Assembly: GCA_965112155.1 (NCBI GenBank)
Contig: OZ218102.1
Source of the DNA: Podarcis liolepis
Taxonomy: Eukaryota
Reading direction: 5' to 3' (one strand)
Length of the DNA stretch: 64,000 nt
The notes beneath the pieces are model-generated. The model worked only from the letters and a program-made list of their open reading frames with translations. It had not been told where the DNA came from and ran no database searches. Position numbers and translations under genes: made by a program. This document shows, piece after piece, positions 1 to 12,533 of the stretch (its first letter is position 1; the number at the start of each line of letters is the position of its first letter).

Positions 1-3000
1 TATAACTTTCTGATGCCAGTCCTTTTGGTGAGCAAAACATGTGTGCTGTACTAATTTGAGACTACAAAACCCATGATGCAGAGAGATTGCAAGCGAAATA
101 CATGCTCAAATATTTGATGATTCATCCTTAAAATGATATGTAGCTAATAGTGAAATCACTGATGTGCAAGCAGAACTCAACGTCATTTAAACAGCAGCCT
201 GATTTCCCCTGATAATGATCTGTTCAACTTTACACCTATCCCAGAATATACTGCCTACATCTCCCGTAGTTCACTTTACTTCCTATCAGCTTGCTGTTCC
301 TCTTGCCAAAAAACCTTTCCTTTAAAAGCAGCAGAAAAACAAGCATCTCTTCTGCTGCTTAGTGGGACTGCTGAGAAGATTTGTTAGCTCAACAATTCTG
401 GACTGTGCTCCACAACTCTGACTTTTGAAAATGAGCAGTGCTGTCCCCAGTGCCCATCCCAGCTAAACAATGTTTCTTGTCACCCTGGGTCCACCTTCCT
501 TTACCTCTCAGCATCCTTCAGGCTTGGCTGTATCTGAGTGGAGTCAAGGACTTCCTGCGTTTCAACCTTTTGCCCAGCCTACGAACAGGTGTGTCCTTAA
601 AGTCAAAGTGGGGAACCTGTCAACTATAACATTCACCATGCTTGACTACTGGTCATGCTGGCTGAGGCTGATGGGAGTTGGAGTTGAATGATTTCTGGAG
701 GGCTACAGGTTCCCTGCTTGGCTCAAAGCCTTCCATTATAGGCCCCCATTATATATTGCCACTGTCCAACCTTGTGGTCCATCTATCCGGGTCCTGCTGC
801 AAATGCATCCTGTCTGCCCTCAAGTAGTTATGCTGTAACATAGCCAAAGGAGGGTCAGCGTTAGAAGCCTTTAAGTTCCATTCCATCAGCTGTTAAAACC
901 AGCCAGTGGTTTTTTTACTTGGTAAAGTTTCCAGAAAAAAGAACCGTTTGCAATCTTTTCTGCTCTGTACAAAATGATCCATAAGAGCGATTTCATGATC
1001 TGCAAGTACAATCTGTGTTTAACAAGCAAGGAGATGGAAAGTTGAGCCAATGACATCTCGGAAGAGTTCACCAGCCCAGTAAACCAAGCCTGAAGAGTTT
1101 TTTATTAGAGCCACTAGTAGTCCGAAGTGTATACTTAGATCCTACAAAAATATATTGGATAGAAAAACTAGCCAGAAAGCAACACACATCATTCCAACCT
1201 GGACAGCTGAATCGTTTCTTTCCTTTGTACAATTTTGCAGTGGTGTAAAATGGCAAGACTCATTTAAAGAACAATGATAGTCCCTGAAGAAGAACAAGAG
1301 GGACAACCATGTCTCAAAAACAAGTTTTAATAGGCACTGTAATAACCTGTGAAATCAGAGTCAGGGCAGAAAAGCTCAGAGGCCATTAAATATAATGAAA
1401 GCAGCTTTCCCTTTCCACATTTCCACTCTTACAGCAGTTTTACGCGAGCATTTCGCAGGCATAACATTTACAATAGCAACTCTATATAAAGCCAATTTAA
1501 TTATCTTTATCAAATGGCAGATAATAAATTTCACTGTTCAACAATGAAAATCAATTGTCAACATAAGCTACGGATAACAGCTAATAAATTGACCTTCTGT
1601 AAACCTGGGATGAACAAGACTGGCTTCCGCGTTAACAGATGTAATAAAATTTCCTTCCCTGCTTTCAGGCCACCTATTCAGGTGCTAGCTTGCTAGCTTG
1701 AGTTGCATATAGATAGAACCTAATATAAACGAATATCTGAGCAAATGCTGAATATTTGTTGTTACAGATTACTGAATCAGTGCTACGTTTGGAAACTATT
1801 GGCGACCCTGGACCCAAGAAAGAAATAATGAACTGAAAGGACACATGTAGCACCCTCCAATGCACAGTCAGAGTGCATAGTTGCAGAAAGATCAGTTGAA
1901 ACACAAATGAGATTTGATTGTGTGGGATGTGATACATAAGTAGCAGTCAAATACAACGTTCCTTGTTTTCCTAGTGGACATGCGGGGGAATGTTTGGTCC
2001 AGCCAGTTGAAAACTTCCTGTTTCTTCCTGGCTGGGGCATACTTCCTTTGCATGTGACTAGAGGTGGGCGTGACCTTACCTGTCCAGGTAACAAAAGGAC
2101 AAGGCACGCAGCACTTTTTGACTTCCTCCCTTGTTAGAGCAGTTTTTAGCTAGAGATGCTCTGTTGGCTTCCAGCCAACAGAGAACACTGGGATTATCCC
2201 CATATGGGATAGCGCCACTTGTATATACTTCGTAACTAAGTCTGCCCTCAGAGATCCAACTGTGAACTGAATGTAAGTAAACTACTTACACAATATTGTG
2301 GTGTGATTACTCTTTTAAGAGGGATATAAGGGAACTTACCAGGAACCTAGTGAGAGGCTTACAGAAGCCTGCAACCAGTTATCTGCTGTGCGTTTAAAAG
2401 GGGAATGTGAAACTCTGCTAAGTAAAGGAACTTGCTAGCGCAAGTTAGGAGGAATATTAATAAACAATATATCTTCTCCTGCCTCCCTGAACATTCCAAC
2501 AGATTAAATATGGGTGATGAGAGAGTGAATTTAAAAGTGATTGGAGCTTGATACTAAAGACAGGCAGCATACATGCTTTTAGATGTTTTTAATTGTTCTT
2601 AAATGTTCTAAATAGGTTAATACCATTGGAGAGTGTTTGCCTAACAGCAGGAGCATAGGAACAACTCGGTAAGATCCACACACGTGCACTGCTGTAGAAG
2701 GCACATGTCCTGGCTTAGCTTCAGGTCTCAGTTGTGGAGAAGACTTGCCTTCTTGTGCTATGTAGAGTAAGCCTCAGGAGACAGAGCTCAAGGGTTTGAT
2801 GACTCTATACACTGCTGCCAAGGAATCTAGGATCCTTAAGATACAATAGGGTTAGTCGAACATCTTCTGGGGCTTTCTTCTGAGATGGAGAGCTGTTGAG
2901 TTCATCCCCATATATCTTCACTTAATGAGTCAATGCGTTATGTGTATGAAGATAGTATCCCTGAGTCTGGGAAAGCCCTTCAGAGCAGAGGCCAATCTGG

Positions 3001-3178
3001 GAAGGAAGGCTTGAAACTAAAAGTGCTTTTGGTCATTTGTTAGAGAAATCCAGGTTAATTCAATTTACAAATAAGGCACACATGTTTGACATGTTCAAAA
3101 GGCCTGTTTCCCACCCAGCGATGTGTGTTGATTCCTCTTCCAGAAAAATAAGCTTAACGATGCTGGGCATTTCATGTA

Positions 3179-3235
3179 TTTATTAGAAAATAAGGTGTTA
3201 AAAAAATTCAAAAATAGTGAGTTAAAGCATTTATT
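3179..3235 (-). terminator. Two AATAAA polyadenylation signals for KIF11 (3235-3230 and 3184-3179)
   Basis: TTTATT twice on the + strand, about 127 and 178 nt past the stop codon. Confidence 0.6.
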
Positions 3236-3361
3236 AAGAGACTTGTATTTTCAAACTCTCTTCACAGCTAATTTGGGACACCAACATTATAGCACTACAT
3301 ACAGAGGTCAAACTAATAAGCCGTGAAACATTGAAGAAACAAAGACAAATGCTGTACATCC

Positions 3362-3487
3362 TTAGTTCTGTACTCTAAATGGATATCTTGATTTTGAAAA
3401 AGTAGGGTCTCCTTTGTCCTCCTCCCTGGTCTTTTCCAGGATCAATGCAGATCTGTTCTCTTTATCCTTTTTGATACTCCTTTTATG
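3362..3487 (-). CDS. KIF11: KIF11 exon 22 coding part (HKRSIKKDKENR...RVQN*)
   Basis: TACAG| acceptor, KEN box at 3455-3463, TAA at 3364-3362. Confidence 0.92.
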   Translation of the reverse strand, partial: HKRSIKKDKENRSALILEKTREEDKGDPTFSKSRYPFRVQN

Positions 3488-4936
3488 CTGTAGGGTTAAA
3501 GAGCTCAGCTGATCATTTATTCCACTTTATGTTTTAAAATTTACGGTACGCACTACGTTACACAGTTCACTGACTGGCAAAACCACACAGAAGATGAAAC
3601 TGGAAACTTGGCTCTTTTGAAAGGTAAACTTATCACAATTTTAGACTGGCCTAACAACTTAGTGATGATTGAAAGCTGGGTCAACAAATGCAAAATGAAG
3701 TGATAGAAGAGATTGCTTCTCTTAAGGGGGGGGGGGGGGGAATCCAGTGAACAAAAAACTAGCACAATGTAAAAATGTCCAGGTCTGGGCCTGTCACGCT
3801 GATTTTTTACCAGCAAGGAGCTTTGAAATGTAGGGGAGCATTTTTTTAAAATTGCATTCCTCATCTGGAGTCTACCCTACCATCTCTTTCGGCTTGTTGG
3901 GCAAACCATGCCTTAATATATGGAAAACAGGGTTCCACTAACCATTTTTTCTAATGTGTTCTGCAAAATTTAATTTTCCATCTGTATGAGAACACTGGAA
4001 AAGCCAGATACCTCTACTATAAGCTGGAGTCAAGGTGGAATACTGAATTTAGTTTCTCATCCTTACAGAGAGGCTCATCTGCATTCTGAGACAACTGTAG
4101 GTACCAGCAATATCAGCAAAAAAGTTCTGTTCTGTGGTATTTTATTGGCACAGCCGCTTAAGGTGGATTATCAAGTCTCAGCAGTGATCTATGAGAGAAC
4201 CACACCAACACCACCCAGAAAAAGAAACTCGTAATTATATTCTTTACCAGACAGTATGGTCTTTTGTTTCAAGACAACTGTATTTATCGGGTTGGTGACC
4301 TAACATACAGTCGGATGTAACCTGCTCCAAATTCATCCAAGACCTGTAAGTTTTGCAACATTACCTGTATTTATTCTCCATCTGCTAGTCATGGGGAGGG
4401 ACAAGGAGATACACAGCACTGAAGCCCCACTGCCTGATTTTAGCAGCTGCCCAAGTTTTATTTGGAGCCAATAAGGGTAAGATTCTTGTTTTTAAAAATA
4501 AAAGCTACTTTTCAAGATTAACTCTCTTCCCAGTACCAAATTCCATACTTCATTCAATTCTATCTAAAATCTTCTACAAGCTTATGCCGCCTAAGGATTT
4601 TTGCTAGAAATTCTGCAGAGATTCTGGCTTTGGTTTGACAGTGTGATGCTTCAAAGGTACAAGGTTGCACAGCTTTCGTTTTGGACAACTGCAAGTACAC
4701 ATTCAAGTTCACTTTACCTCTTCGTGAGAAGCCAGACTTTCTACAGCACAGTCCTAGGCCTATCTACTCAGAAATCAGTCCCAGTGAGCTCAAGGACTAC
4801 GTCCCTAATCTTCTACATTTCCAGTGTGCTTGTTATACTGAACTATGGCTATCTCCTAGCTCTGATTAGTCCCCACAAAACTGTAGATTGTTACAACCTT
4901 GTAATTTTCCTGTTCTACAGAAAATACAGCAGTTAC

Positions 4937-5053
4937 CTGGAAGAAAGGAACTCCTCCACTGATACACACACTTGTCTCCAAGAAGGATTTTTCACTTAGC
5001 GGGCTCCCGTTGGTCTCTATTATATCCTCCTCATCCTCCTCCTCCAAATCATC
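4937..5053 (-). CDS. KIF11: KIF11 exon 21 (DDLEEE...GGVPFFQ)
   Basis: Conserved GGVPFFQ; CAG|GTAACT donor. Confidence 0.92.
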
Positions 5054-5433
5054 CTGGGAACACAACAGTAAGCCTGCTATATCAGTGAATACAGATAGAA
5101 GCCCCGTCATAAAGTTAAATGCACAGCCGGAAGGAGGTGTTTGTGTAACAGGCTAGTTTCATGAGTACACGACAAATGAAAACCTTTCATTCCTTGCTGT
5201 GTGCACTTTTGCCTCCAGCCCTGCCCACCAGTGGTATGTGGTCCTTAAAAAAGGTTTGCCCCCTTGCTCTACAGCTACTTACCAACCCTAGACCTGCAGG
5301 TATAGGGCGGTATGATAGATTAGATAGAGAGATAGATATCTGACTTCTATTTATGTACTTCTGTGTCCCTGCCATTAAGAATTACACATTTGAAGAAGCA
5401 TCTTTCCTCCTCCCTTCTAATTTCTGCAAATAC

Positions 5434-5564
5434 CTTTTCAGGAGCTTTGGGCATAGCTGTGACTTCTGTCTGCTTTTGCCTTAATCTTTCCAGCAGGACA
5501 TCGCGAGGTTCTGTTTTCACAACTGTCACTGGGTACTGGTATCCTCTCCTTTTTGGGGTGGCTC
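5434..5564 (-). CDS. KIF11: KIF11 exon 20 (BimC box GATPKRRGYQYP...TEPRDVLL)
   Basis: TGxTPxRR CDK1-site motif; AAG|GTATTT donor gives phase 0. Confidence 0.9.
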
Positions 5565-5682
5565 CTTCAGGAGAAAAGTAAGTTTAAGTGACACCTAAAA
5601 CCGCCGTCTTTTGGCACAGAAAAGCTGCTAAATTCCACACACTTTTGGATCTCTCCATGATTCATCGTTTCCCTCTAAATAC

Positions 5683-5905
5683 CTGTCGGGACATCCACTT
5701 TAAGTTCCTCCCTCAGGAAGCCATTAATGCGAGTTGACCCATCCTCGGTTTCTTCAAGGAGTATCTCTTTCTGCTTCAGGAGCACATTCTTATCATTCCT
5801 CATCCTGTCAAGGAGCGTCTTCAGGGCTTCTGCTTCAGTATCTTTTTGTCCTGCAATATGGTCTGTGACCTTAGCAACTGACAAGCTGCAATTCTCATCC
5901 AAATC
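5683..5905 (-). CDS. KIF11: KIF11 exon 19 (DLDENCS...FLREELKVDVPT)
   Basis: Ends in the conserved LKxDxPTG that enters the BimC box. Confidence 0.92.
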
Positions 5906-6736
5906 CTGAAAGCAAAATGCAAGTCTTAAAACACTCCAGAGTTGTAGCAACTGGTGAACATTTTCATTTTTTATCATATGGTTGCTACTAACCACTGTAA
6001 GAAATCTAAACACCACACATACACAGCTATTTTTTTGCTAATTAATTCATGAAAACTCCTAGATGAGCTTAATACTAGGAACTTTCTTTATAAAATGTGG
6101 AATTAATAAATATAATGCTGGACAAAAAGGGCTTAAGCTTGGTTTCATACATACAAAGGTCCATGTTCTCAGAAAACCAAGTTAGCTTCCAGGTAGCAAA
6201 AATATTTAAGCTTTCTTCTTTGCCAGTTCTCCTCTACAAAGGCTTCTAAAACTCTGGAAAACCACTAGTGGCACTGCCCAGACATCTCCTGACTTCTTTG
6301 TCAAATTATAAGGAGCAGCGTATAGGGTGTTAACAGACACAGAAATTGGGCTGGGGCAAAAGGGAGCAGCAGCAGGTGTGGGGAAGGAACGAAGCACACC
6401 AATTTCAGCAATGTGCCCCAGCCTTCTGCATGCTCATCCTGAACCACCTAGTTTGCTTTAACTATGCGTTAATGTATCATGTGAGCCAGGTCCTGTTGCT
6501 TCGGCAGGAAGGTTGGCTAGAAAAAGTTGGTCCAGAATCAGGCCAGAGGGCAAACATTTTCTAAAAGCGCTATATTGTGCTTGAAAGCACACCACACTGC
6601 ACACAGAAATGATCGTTCCATTGTACATCCTGGCACAACCAGAGCTCAAAGCAAGGGTACGGCAACTTCATTTGCCTTCACCAATATCAGGTGGCCAAAT
6701 CTGATAGTGCTGCCACTTGTGATCAAACTCTCAGAA

Positions 6737-7030
6737 GGCCTCATCTGCACTATACAGTTAAAGCAGCATTATACCACTTTAACAGCCATGGTTTTCCCCA
6801 AAGACTGTAGTTTGCTAAGGGTGCTGAGAGTTGTTAGGAGACTGCTACAATTCCCAGAGTTCCCAGAGAAGAGGGATTAACTATTAAACCACTCTGAGAA
6901 TTATACCTCTGTGAGTGGGGTAGAGGGTCCAGCACCCTTAACTAGCTAACATTCCCCAGATTCATTGGGAGAAGGCATGGCTGTTTAAAGTGGTATGGTG
7001 CTGGTTTAAATGTATAGTGCAGAGGGGGCC
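6737..7030. mobile_element. MITE with ~60-bp imperfect TIRs (PIF/Harbinger-like GGCC ends)
   Basis: GGCCTCATCTGCACTATACA... versus ...TGTATAGTGCAGAGGGGGCC; the inverted similarity extends ~60 bp. Confidence 0.75.
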
Positions 7031-7409
7031 AAAATGTGTTTAAATTCTTCCATGTAAAGATGGGCAACTCTCATAGGCCCAGCCTTTTCAACTGTTCTCG
7101 ATTGAGAATCAAGTAAATTTCACACCCAAATGTTATCCAATCCAAGATGTTTTATATATGCTAGCCACAGACCAGTCTTGTCTATCTAAAGCAAGAGTGG
7201 GCAACCTACAGTATTTGGCCTATTTTGTGGGTGGCAAGGGGTGGAGAAACAGGAAGGTACACAACAACAAGAAGAAAAAACAGGAGGCCCAGCGCACCAC
7301 TGCCCCTGACCACCCAACATGCCACCCCCAAGAGATTCTCCACCCATGGCCTAAAGTGGTACAGTACTTTTAGGAAGTCTGTCATTAGGGCTGTAAGATG
7401 CTAAGTAAC

Positions 7410-7689
7410 CTTGTAGATTCTTTGTAGGTGTTCCTTTCTGGTGCTGAGGAAGGCTGCCTGTTGATCAACAATGCAGTCCATCTTTGTAGCCGCAATTTCA
7501 CTCCACTTATTTGTTTCCTGGCACATGTCTTTCAGGAGCCTGTCCAGGTCCTTGCAGTGGCTGGCTGATTCCAGCAATATCTGAACATTTTCTTCGTTGG
7601 ATTGCCTGATCTCTTGCGAAAAATCATTCAGAGGCAGTGTTAATCTGCTGTGCTGCGAAGTTGTAGAGTTGACAAGGCCAGTAGTCTGC
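7410..7689 (-). CDS. KIF11: KIF11 exon 18 (QTTGLVNST...LQRIYK)
   Basis: 280-nt stop-free exon; TACAG| acceptor, AAG|GTTACT donor. Confidence 0.87.
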
Positions 7690-7736
7690 CTGTATTAAGA
7701 TTTAGTAATAGATTATTAAAACTTTTGATCCAAGTA

Positions 7737-7971
7737 CTGTCGTACGTTGGCTTTCAAACAGCTTAGTTCTCAAACGTTTTGGCTCCCAAACGCCGCAAAC
7801 CCCGAAGTGACTATTCCAGTTTTCAAATGTTCTTTGGGAAGCCAAACATCCGACAGGGCTTCTGCAGCTTCTGATTGGCTGCAGGAGCTTCCTGCAGCCA
7901 ATCAGAAGCCATGCTTCGATTTTCGAACGGACTTCCGGAACGGATTTCGTTTGACTTCTAAGGTATGACTG
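7737..7971. mobile_element. Tc1/mariner (Tigger-like) MITE in KIF11 intron 17
   Basis: TA|CTGTCGTACGTT...AAGGTATGACTG|TA; degenerate TIRs and TA duplication. Confidence 0.8.
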
Positions 7972-8739
7972 TACTTGCTTTTCATGGCACACAGCAGGCT
8001 TATTGTGTTGGCTATCGCTTCCTATGTGTTCAACAGGTCACATTATTACTGTGGATACTTTCCTGCATTTATATAGTGTACGAGTCCTCAAAAGCTCTGA
8101 GCTGCAGTCCTTTCTTGATACAGTAACTAGTAATTTTGGGAGCCCTCTGTAGGACAAAGCCTAATCATAAATACAGTGTTTCATTGTGACAGCATCAATG
8201 AGTATCCTTAAGGGTAGCTGAAGAATGTAGCAAAAGAAACTACCTTCGGCAACTCTGTTACATAAAGTTTTATTTCATTCATCCAGCAGGCACACCACAG
8301 CTTACAACTACCAACATCTCTCTGATTTTATGTTTTATTAAATATATAACCTTTGGACAACTAACCACAAAAATAGGTCAGGCACCCACATTGTTCAAAA
8401 ACTAATTTAAACCATTTGATAATAGTTTGGAAGCAGTCCTAAACTTAAGTTTTATTCATTCAACTCCCACAATTACTCATTACTAAGTTCATAGCAGTCA
8501 CAACTAATTAATGCAAGTCCCCAAAAATGTACAATAAGTCAGTTAGTTATTACTAGGTGCTGCATTCAAGCATGCTTAGGTTTTGAGATTTTTAGAATCA
8601 GACTTCTACATTTAGAAGGCTCACAAATCTGAACCCTTACATAGCCTACCTGCAAAATTATTGCAGGGTAAGCCTAAGGAACATGTGCGTAGCCTTTAAA
8701 AGACATTTAAGCGATAAGCAAGTTGAAGAGCTTCCTTAC

Positions 8740-8867
8740 AAGGTTATGCTTTCTTGGGCAGCACCAATCCTCTTCTTCACCATTTCACCTTTCTCCAGCA
8801 CTTCACTTAGATTCTGCTGGGTTTCTTGCTCTAGGAGGCCCAGAGAAGCAAGAAGCTGGGAAGAGGC
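8740..8867 (-). CDS. KIF11: KIF11 exon 17 (ASSQLLASLGLLEQETQQ...ESITL)
   Basis: TTCTAG| acceptor, TT|GTAAGG donor; supplies the phase 0-to-2 exon needed before exon 18. Confidence 0.82.
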
Positions 8868-9861
8868 CTAGAACAAATGCACAGAATTAAAATACGAATC
8901 TACTGGTTTTTAGAGCCACAGCATAAAAAGAAAGCCAGTGTACTTTTTGATGAACATGGCAAAACATTTTAAATATTCTGCTGCATGTAACTTCAGGCCC
9001 TCGACAGGAGCTTGTGAATTAGGAATGGGGACAGTTACCTGCTGCACCACACAAGTTGTACATTAGGCAAGACAAGCATATTAAAAAAAAACATCTGTTC
9101 CTACAGATAGTAGAACCTATATTTAAGTACACTCTTCTCCAGCACTATTAGTCTCCTTTTTGTTGAATATATGCTCTTATGCATGCTAACACCTCATTGT
9201 TTCCCTCTCTCAGATGCACATTCAGGAGCGCAACACTCAACTCCTTCATCTACCTAAATAGGGTGCAGCCAGCTGGCTCTCACATGGTTTCACTGCACAC
9301 TGCTGTGCAGGAAGGTATCAAGGGCAGCATGTTGAAATTCATGACACAGCAGCATCTAGGCCATATTGCAGAACACACTAACCCTGTTACAAATTGGGGG
9401 GGGGGGCAGTGCAGAGGGAACACAGCACACAAGAGTGAAGTGCACAGAAACACCCCCTCCCCCAGCTGCAGGGTGCACAAACAAGTGTTTATTTCTTAAA
9501 TGAACCCTATGAAATAACAGATAAACTTCCAGTTCCCATACAAAGAACTGTGGCTTGTATGGATTGCTCAACACAAAAAAGGGCTAAATAGGCTGTGTTA
9601 TATGCCCTTCTCCTGCATATTGTAGCATTTCAATGGAACCTGAAGTTGAGAGCTGCAACTTGACTTTCCCCACCTCTAAAGGATGGCAAATGCACAACTA
9701 GAAACATAAGGTGAAGGGCACCAGAACCAACAACCCTGTCCAGTCCAGTTTGCCTATCAACCATGGTCACAGTTCTGCCTGCCTCTGTCTGATTGCATTG
9801 AGAACCTGCTGCAGAGACTAACTTGGCCTATTCCTTAATGTGCCGCAAAAAGCAGAGATAC

Positions 9862-10020
9862 CTTTTTAAGGGCCACCTTAGACAACACCACCTCTTCCTG
9901 TAAGCTCTCACAATCATGCTGAAGTTGAGCCAGCTTCTGGGAAATGTCCTCCTGTAGTATACTCAAAGCAAGAGAATGGTCTTGGAAGAATATAGTCATT
10001 TCCTCTCTATAACCTGTCAT
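9862..10020 (-). CDS. KIF11: KIF11 exon 16 (MTGYREEM...KVALKK)
   Basis: TATAG| acceptor, AAG|GTATCT donor; helical sequence; phase 0-0. Confidence 0.85.
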
Positions 10021-10295
10021 CTATAAACAAGAAAATGATAGATCAAGGTTCAGAAATACACCAATGTTAGGACTTGTAGTAGGGTTTTTAAAAATTACTC
10101 CAGCCACACAATCTCTGTACACATCCACACACAATGCACCATCAATTCACAACGCGAAAGAATTTCACTACCTTGCTTAGATACTTTCTTAAAATATTAT
10201 TGATGTTGCTGTTATATATATTTTATATCAAAGAAACCTTCACACACACTTGAGTACAATAGTTCAGGATATGGCAGAAGCTGTTCAAAAATTAC

Positions 10296-10418
10296 CTTTT
10301 CAGCCAGGGATGAATATTTATGCAAATTATCATGAACTTGAGAGTTCAGATTCAGAACAAATTTCAACACAGGTGACAAACTCCTCAAGGCTTGATCCAA
10401 TCCTGATGTGTGCTCTTC
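10296..10418 (-). CDS. KIF11: KIF11 exon 15 (EEHTSGLDQAL...SLAEK)
   Basis: TTCTAG| acceptor, AAG|GTAATT donor; phase 0-0. Confidence 0.85.
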
Positions 10419-11109
10419 CTAGAACCAAGAGTAGATTGTGGGGTATAAGACAGTTCTACTTTAAATCATTTTGAGTTCAGTAAGAAAACTGTTGTGGGAA
10501 GTGGAAAAGGAAATGTTACAGCTCAAAACCACCGATGGCTTCTTGTTCAAAAGCCATGTTGGCTCAAAAATTAAAGCAAGGGCAGCTGTAACCTGGCTCC
10601 AGAAATGGCTACTATAACTATACTACAGTCTGGTAGAATGGTCAAGGATGTACAGAAGGGTGGCAGCTGATTGAGCAAGACTGTGCTTGAGAGCTAAGGC
10701 AACTCCCAAGATGCCCAATGACCAAGTACCTCACCTGTCACAATGCGGTAGATAGGTCATTTGCAGCAGATCAGTTGCTGGATGACTGTATTATTTGTTT
10801 TCTATTATAACTCAGAAGCTTTTTCCCTACAGCAGCTGGCTATATTCTTTCCTAGCTTCTTCCCTGATGCCACTCTGCCAAGGAACAGGGAATGGCTGGG
10901 AATGAGGCTGAACGAGAATCATTCAAAACATCAGTAAGTGGCTTCTACACGTCATTTCTTTTGCTGACTGCAGAGCTTCTCCTTCTCCTTTAGAGAGCCA
11001 TTATCAGTTACATTTCCACACAACTGTCCATTTCAAGCAATCAGGATATTTTACAAAAACAATTCAATAATTACTTAGAAGTGTTACTGCCCACGGCACT
11101 TATACTTAC

Positions 11110-11282
11110 TAAGAGTTTCCGGAGATCATTTTTATTTTGAGATGTCAGAGACTCCTGATTCAGTATCTTTTCAGAAGCTAGAGAAACTTCAGTGGAAACC
11201 ATCTCCTGCAGAGAGCCGAACGCTGAAATTATAGCTGATGTAGTAACTCCAAAAGCTGAAGAATTGGCAGACAGAAGATCAC
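11110..11282 (-). CDS. KIF11: KIF11 exon 14
   Basis: Open in the required phase; TAG| acceptor, TTA|GTAAGT donor. Confidence 0.88.
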
Positions 11283-11442
11283 CTACCGAGAGAGAGATGG
11301 GCACCACAGTTTAAGTGAGTCACTTCTCAACAGGACAGTCTTCCCCATGATTTCAGGAACAAGTCTGACTCCAAATTCAGTTTCAGGGGAAGGGAGGTCT
11401 TCTGAATGACTACAGCACAAAAAGATGAATTGAGGCACTTAC

Positions 11443-11650
11443 CAACCGAAGAAGTGTAAGAGTCCAGCATTTGTTGGTGTTTCCAACAGTTCTCATTGAT
11501 GGAGTTCTTCATATCGCAGAAGAAGGCATTCATGTGTTCTGCAAATGTCTTTTGGACTTCCTCATTATGCTGTTCGACTGCTTTTTTACGATCCAATTTT
11601 GCATGCAGACCCGAAACATCTGTGGTTGTTTCTTTAACAGCACTAAGCAG
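11443..11650 (-). CDS. KIF11: KIF11 exon 13 (LLSAVKETTTDVSGLHAKLDRKK...)
   Basis: Conserved DVSGLHxKLDRKK; G|GTAAGT donor. Confidence 0.93.
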
Positions 11651-11727
11651 CTAAGGCAGAAAGGTTTTGACAGTTTTCAGTTCGCATCACACTGATTACA
11701 AAATCAGTACAGATTAGGTGATGTTAA

Positions 11728-11779
11728 AAAGGTAAAGGTAAAGTTAAAGGACCCCTGACAGTTAAGTCCAGTCGCAAAC
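11728..11779 (-). mobile_element. 5'-truncated Sauria SINE (3' tail)
   Basis: AAAGGTAAAGGT..GGACCCCTGACAGTTAAGTCCAGTCG is the reverse complement of an (ACCTTT)n tail; GTTAA flanks both sides. Confidence 0.75.
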
Positions 11780-12533
11780 GTTAAGCCACCTTCAAATCAA
11801 ACAAACAATTATTCCAAATTGTAGAAGATAGTATCTAGTGTGAGCACCCAAAGGAAAACCTGTGTATGGACAGTTGCTCACAAATGGCTTCCATGCAGTC
11901 AGGACTCTCGCACAATTGTGTTCTCAGTCATATTAAACCCCTACGTTTAAGAAGTTTAGTGTTTGGGTATCAGGGGCAGACTCTGCAGTGCAGTCCAACA
12001 CTCAATTTTTAAGCAAGTGCCAACATGCAACACATGAAAAAGCTAGTGTTGTAACTAGAGGTGGCCCAAGCTGCATGGAGTTGCTGGGGTCCAGAAGTGA
12101 AAGTTGAAAAGAGCTATTGAGTTCAGATAGCCTGCTGGGGAACACACTATTTCCTAGCAACTTCCAAGCTTCATTCCAAGGCAACCCTGTGCCTTTTGCT
12201 GCAGGGCATGGTGCTAAAACACACTTGGTGCATAAACAGCAGCAAACAAAAAAGACCTTCCAAACAAAATAAAAGGAGAGATGGAAGGGGTGGGATGTTG
12301 AAGCTTCAGTCCCCTCTGAATGCCCTTCATGAGAGAAGTAGACCATTCTCTTCCCCTTTTATCCCAAATCATTAACAGATCATTCTTATGGTTTGGGATG
12401 CATTTCAAGATTTTGAAAGCAGCCTGAAAACCTATGCAGCGCTGACAGCGTAAGTTATAATCATGACGTTATAACCGTATTGCCCATTCAAGTGCTAGTG
12501 AGGGGGGAACTTGGGAGTGTGAATTTTGTTAAC

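Noticed and set aside
880-1350. Minus-strand splice acceptors suggesting extra KIF11 3' exons
   Set aside because: KIF11 already ends with a stop, KEN box and poly(A) signals; the translations resemble nothing I recognise
3726-3740. Long G/C homopolymer runs scattered through the window
   Set aside because: Common in this kind of genome and prone to sequencing error; no positional pattern
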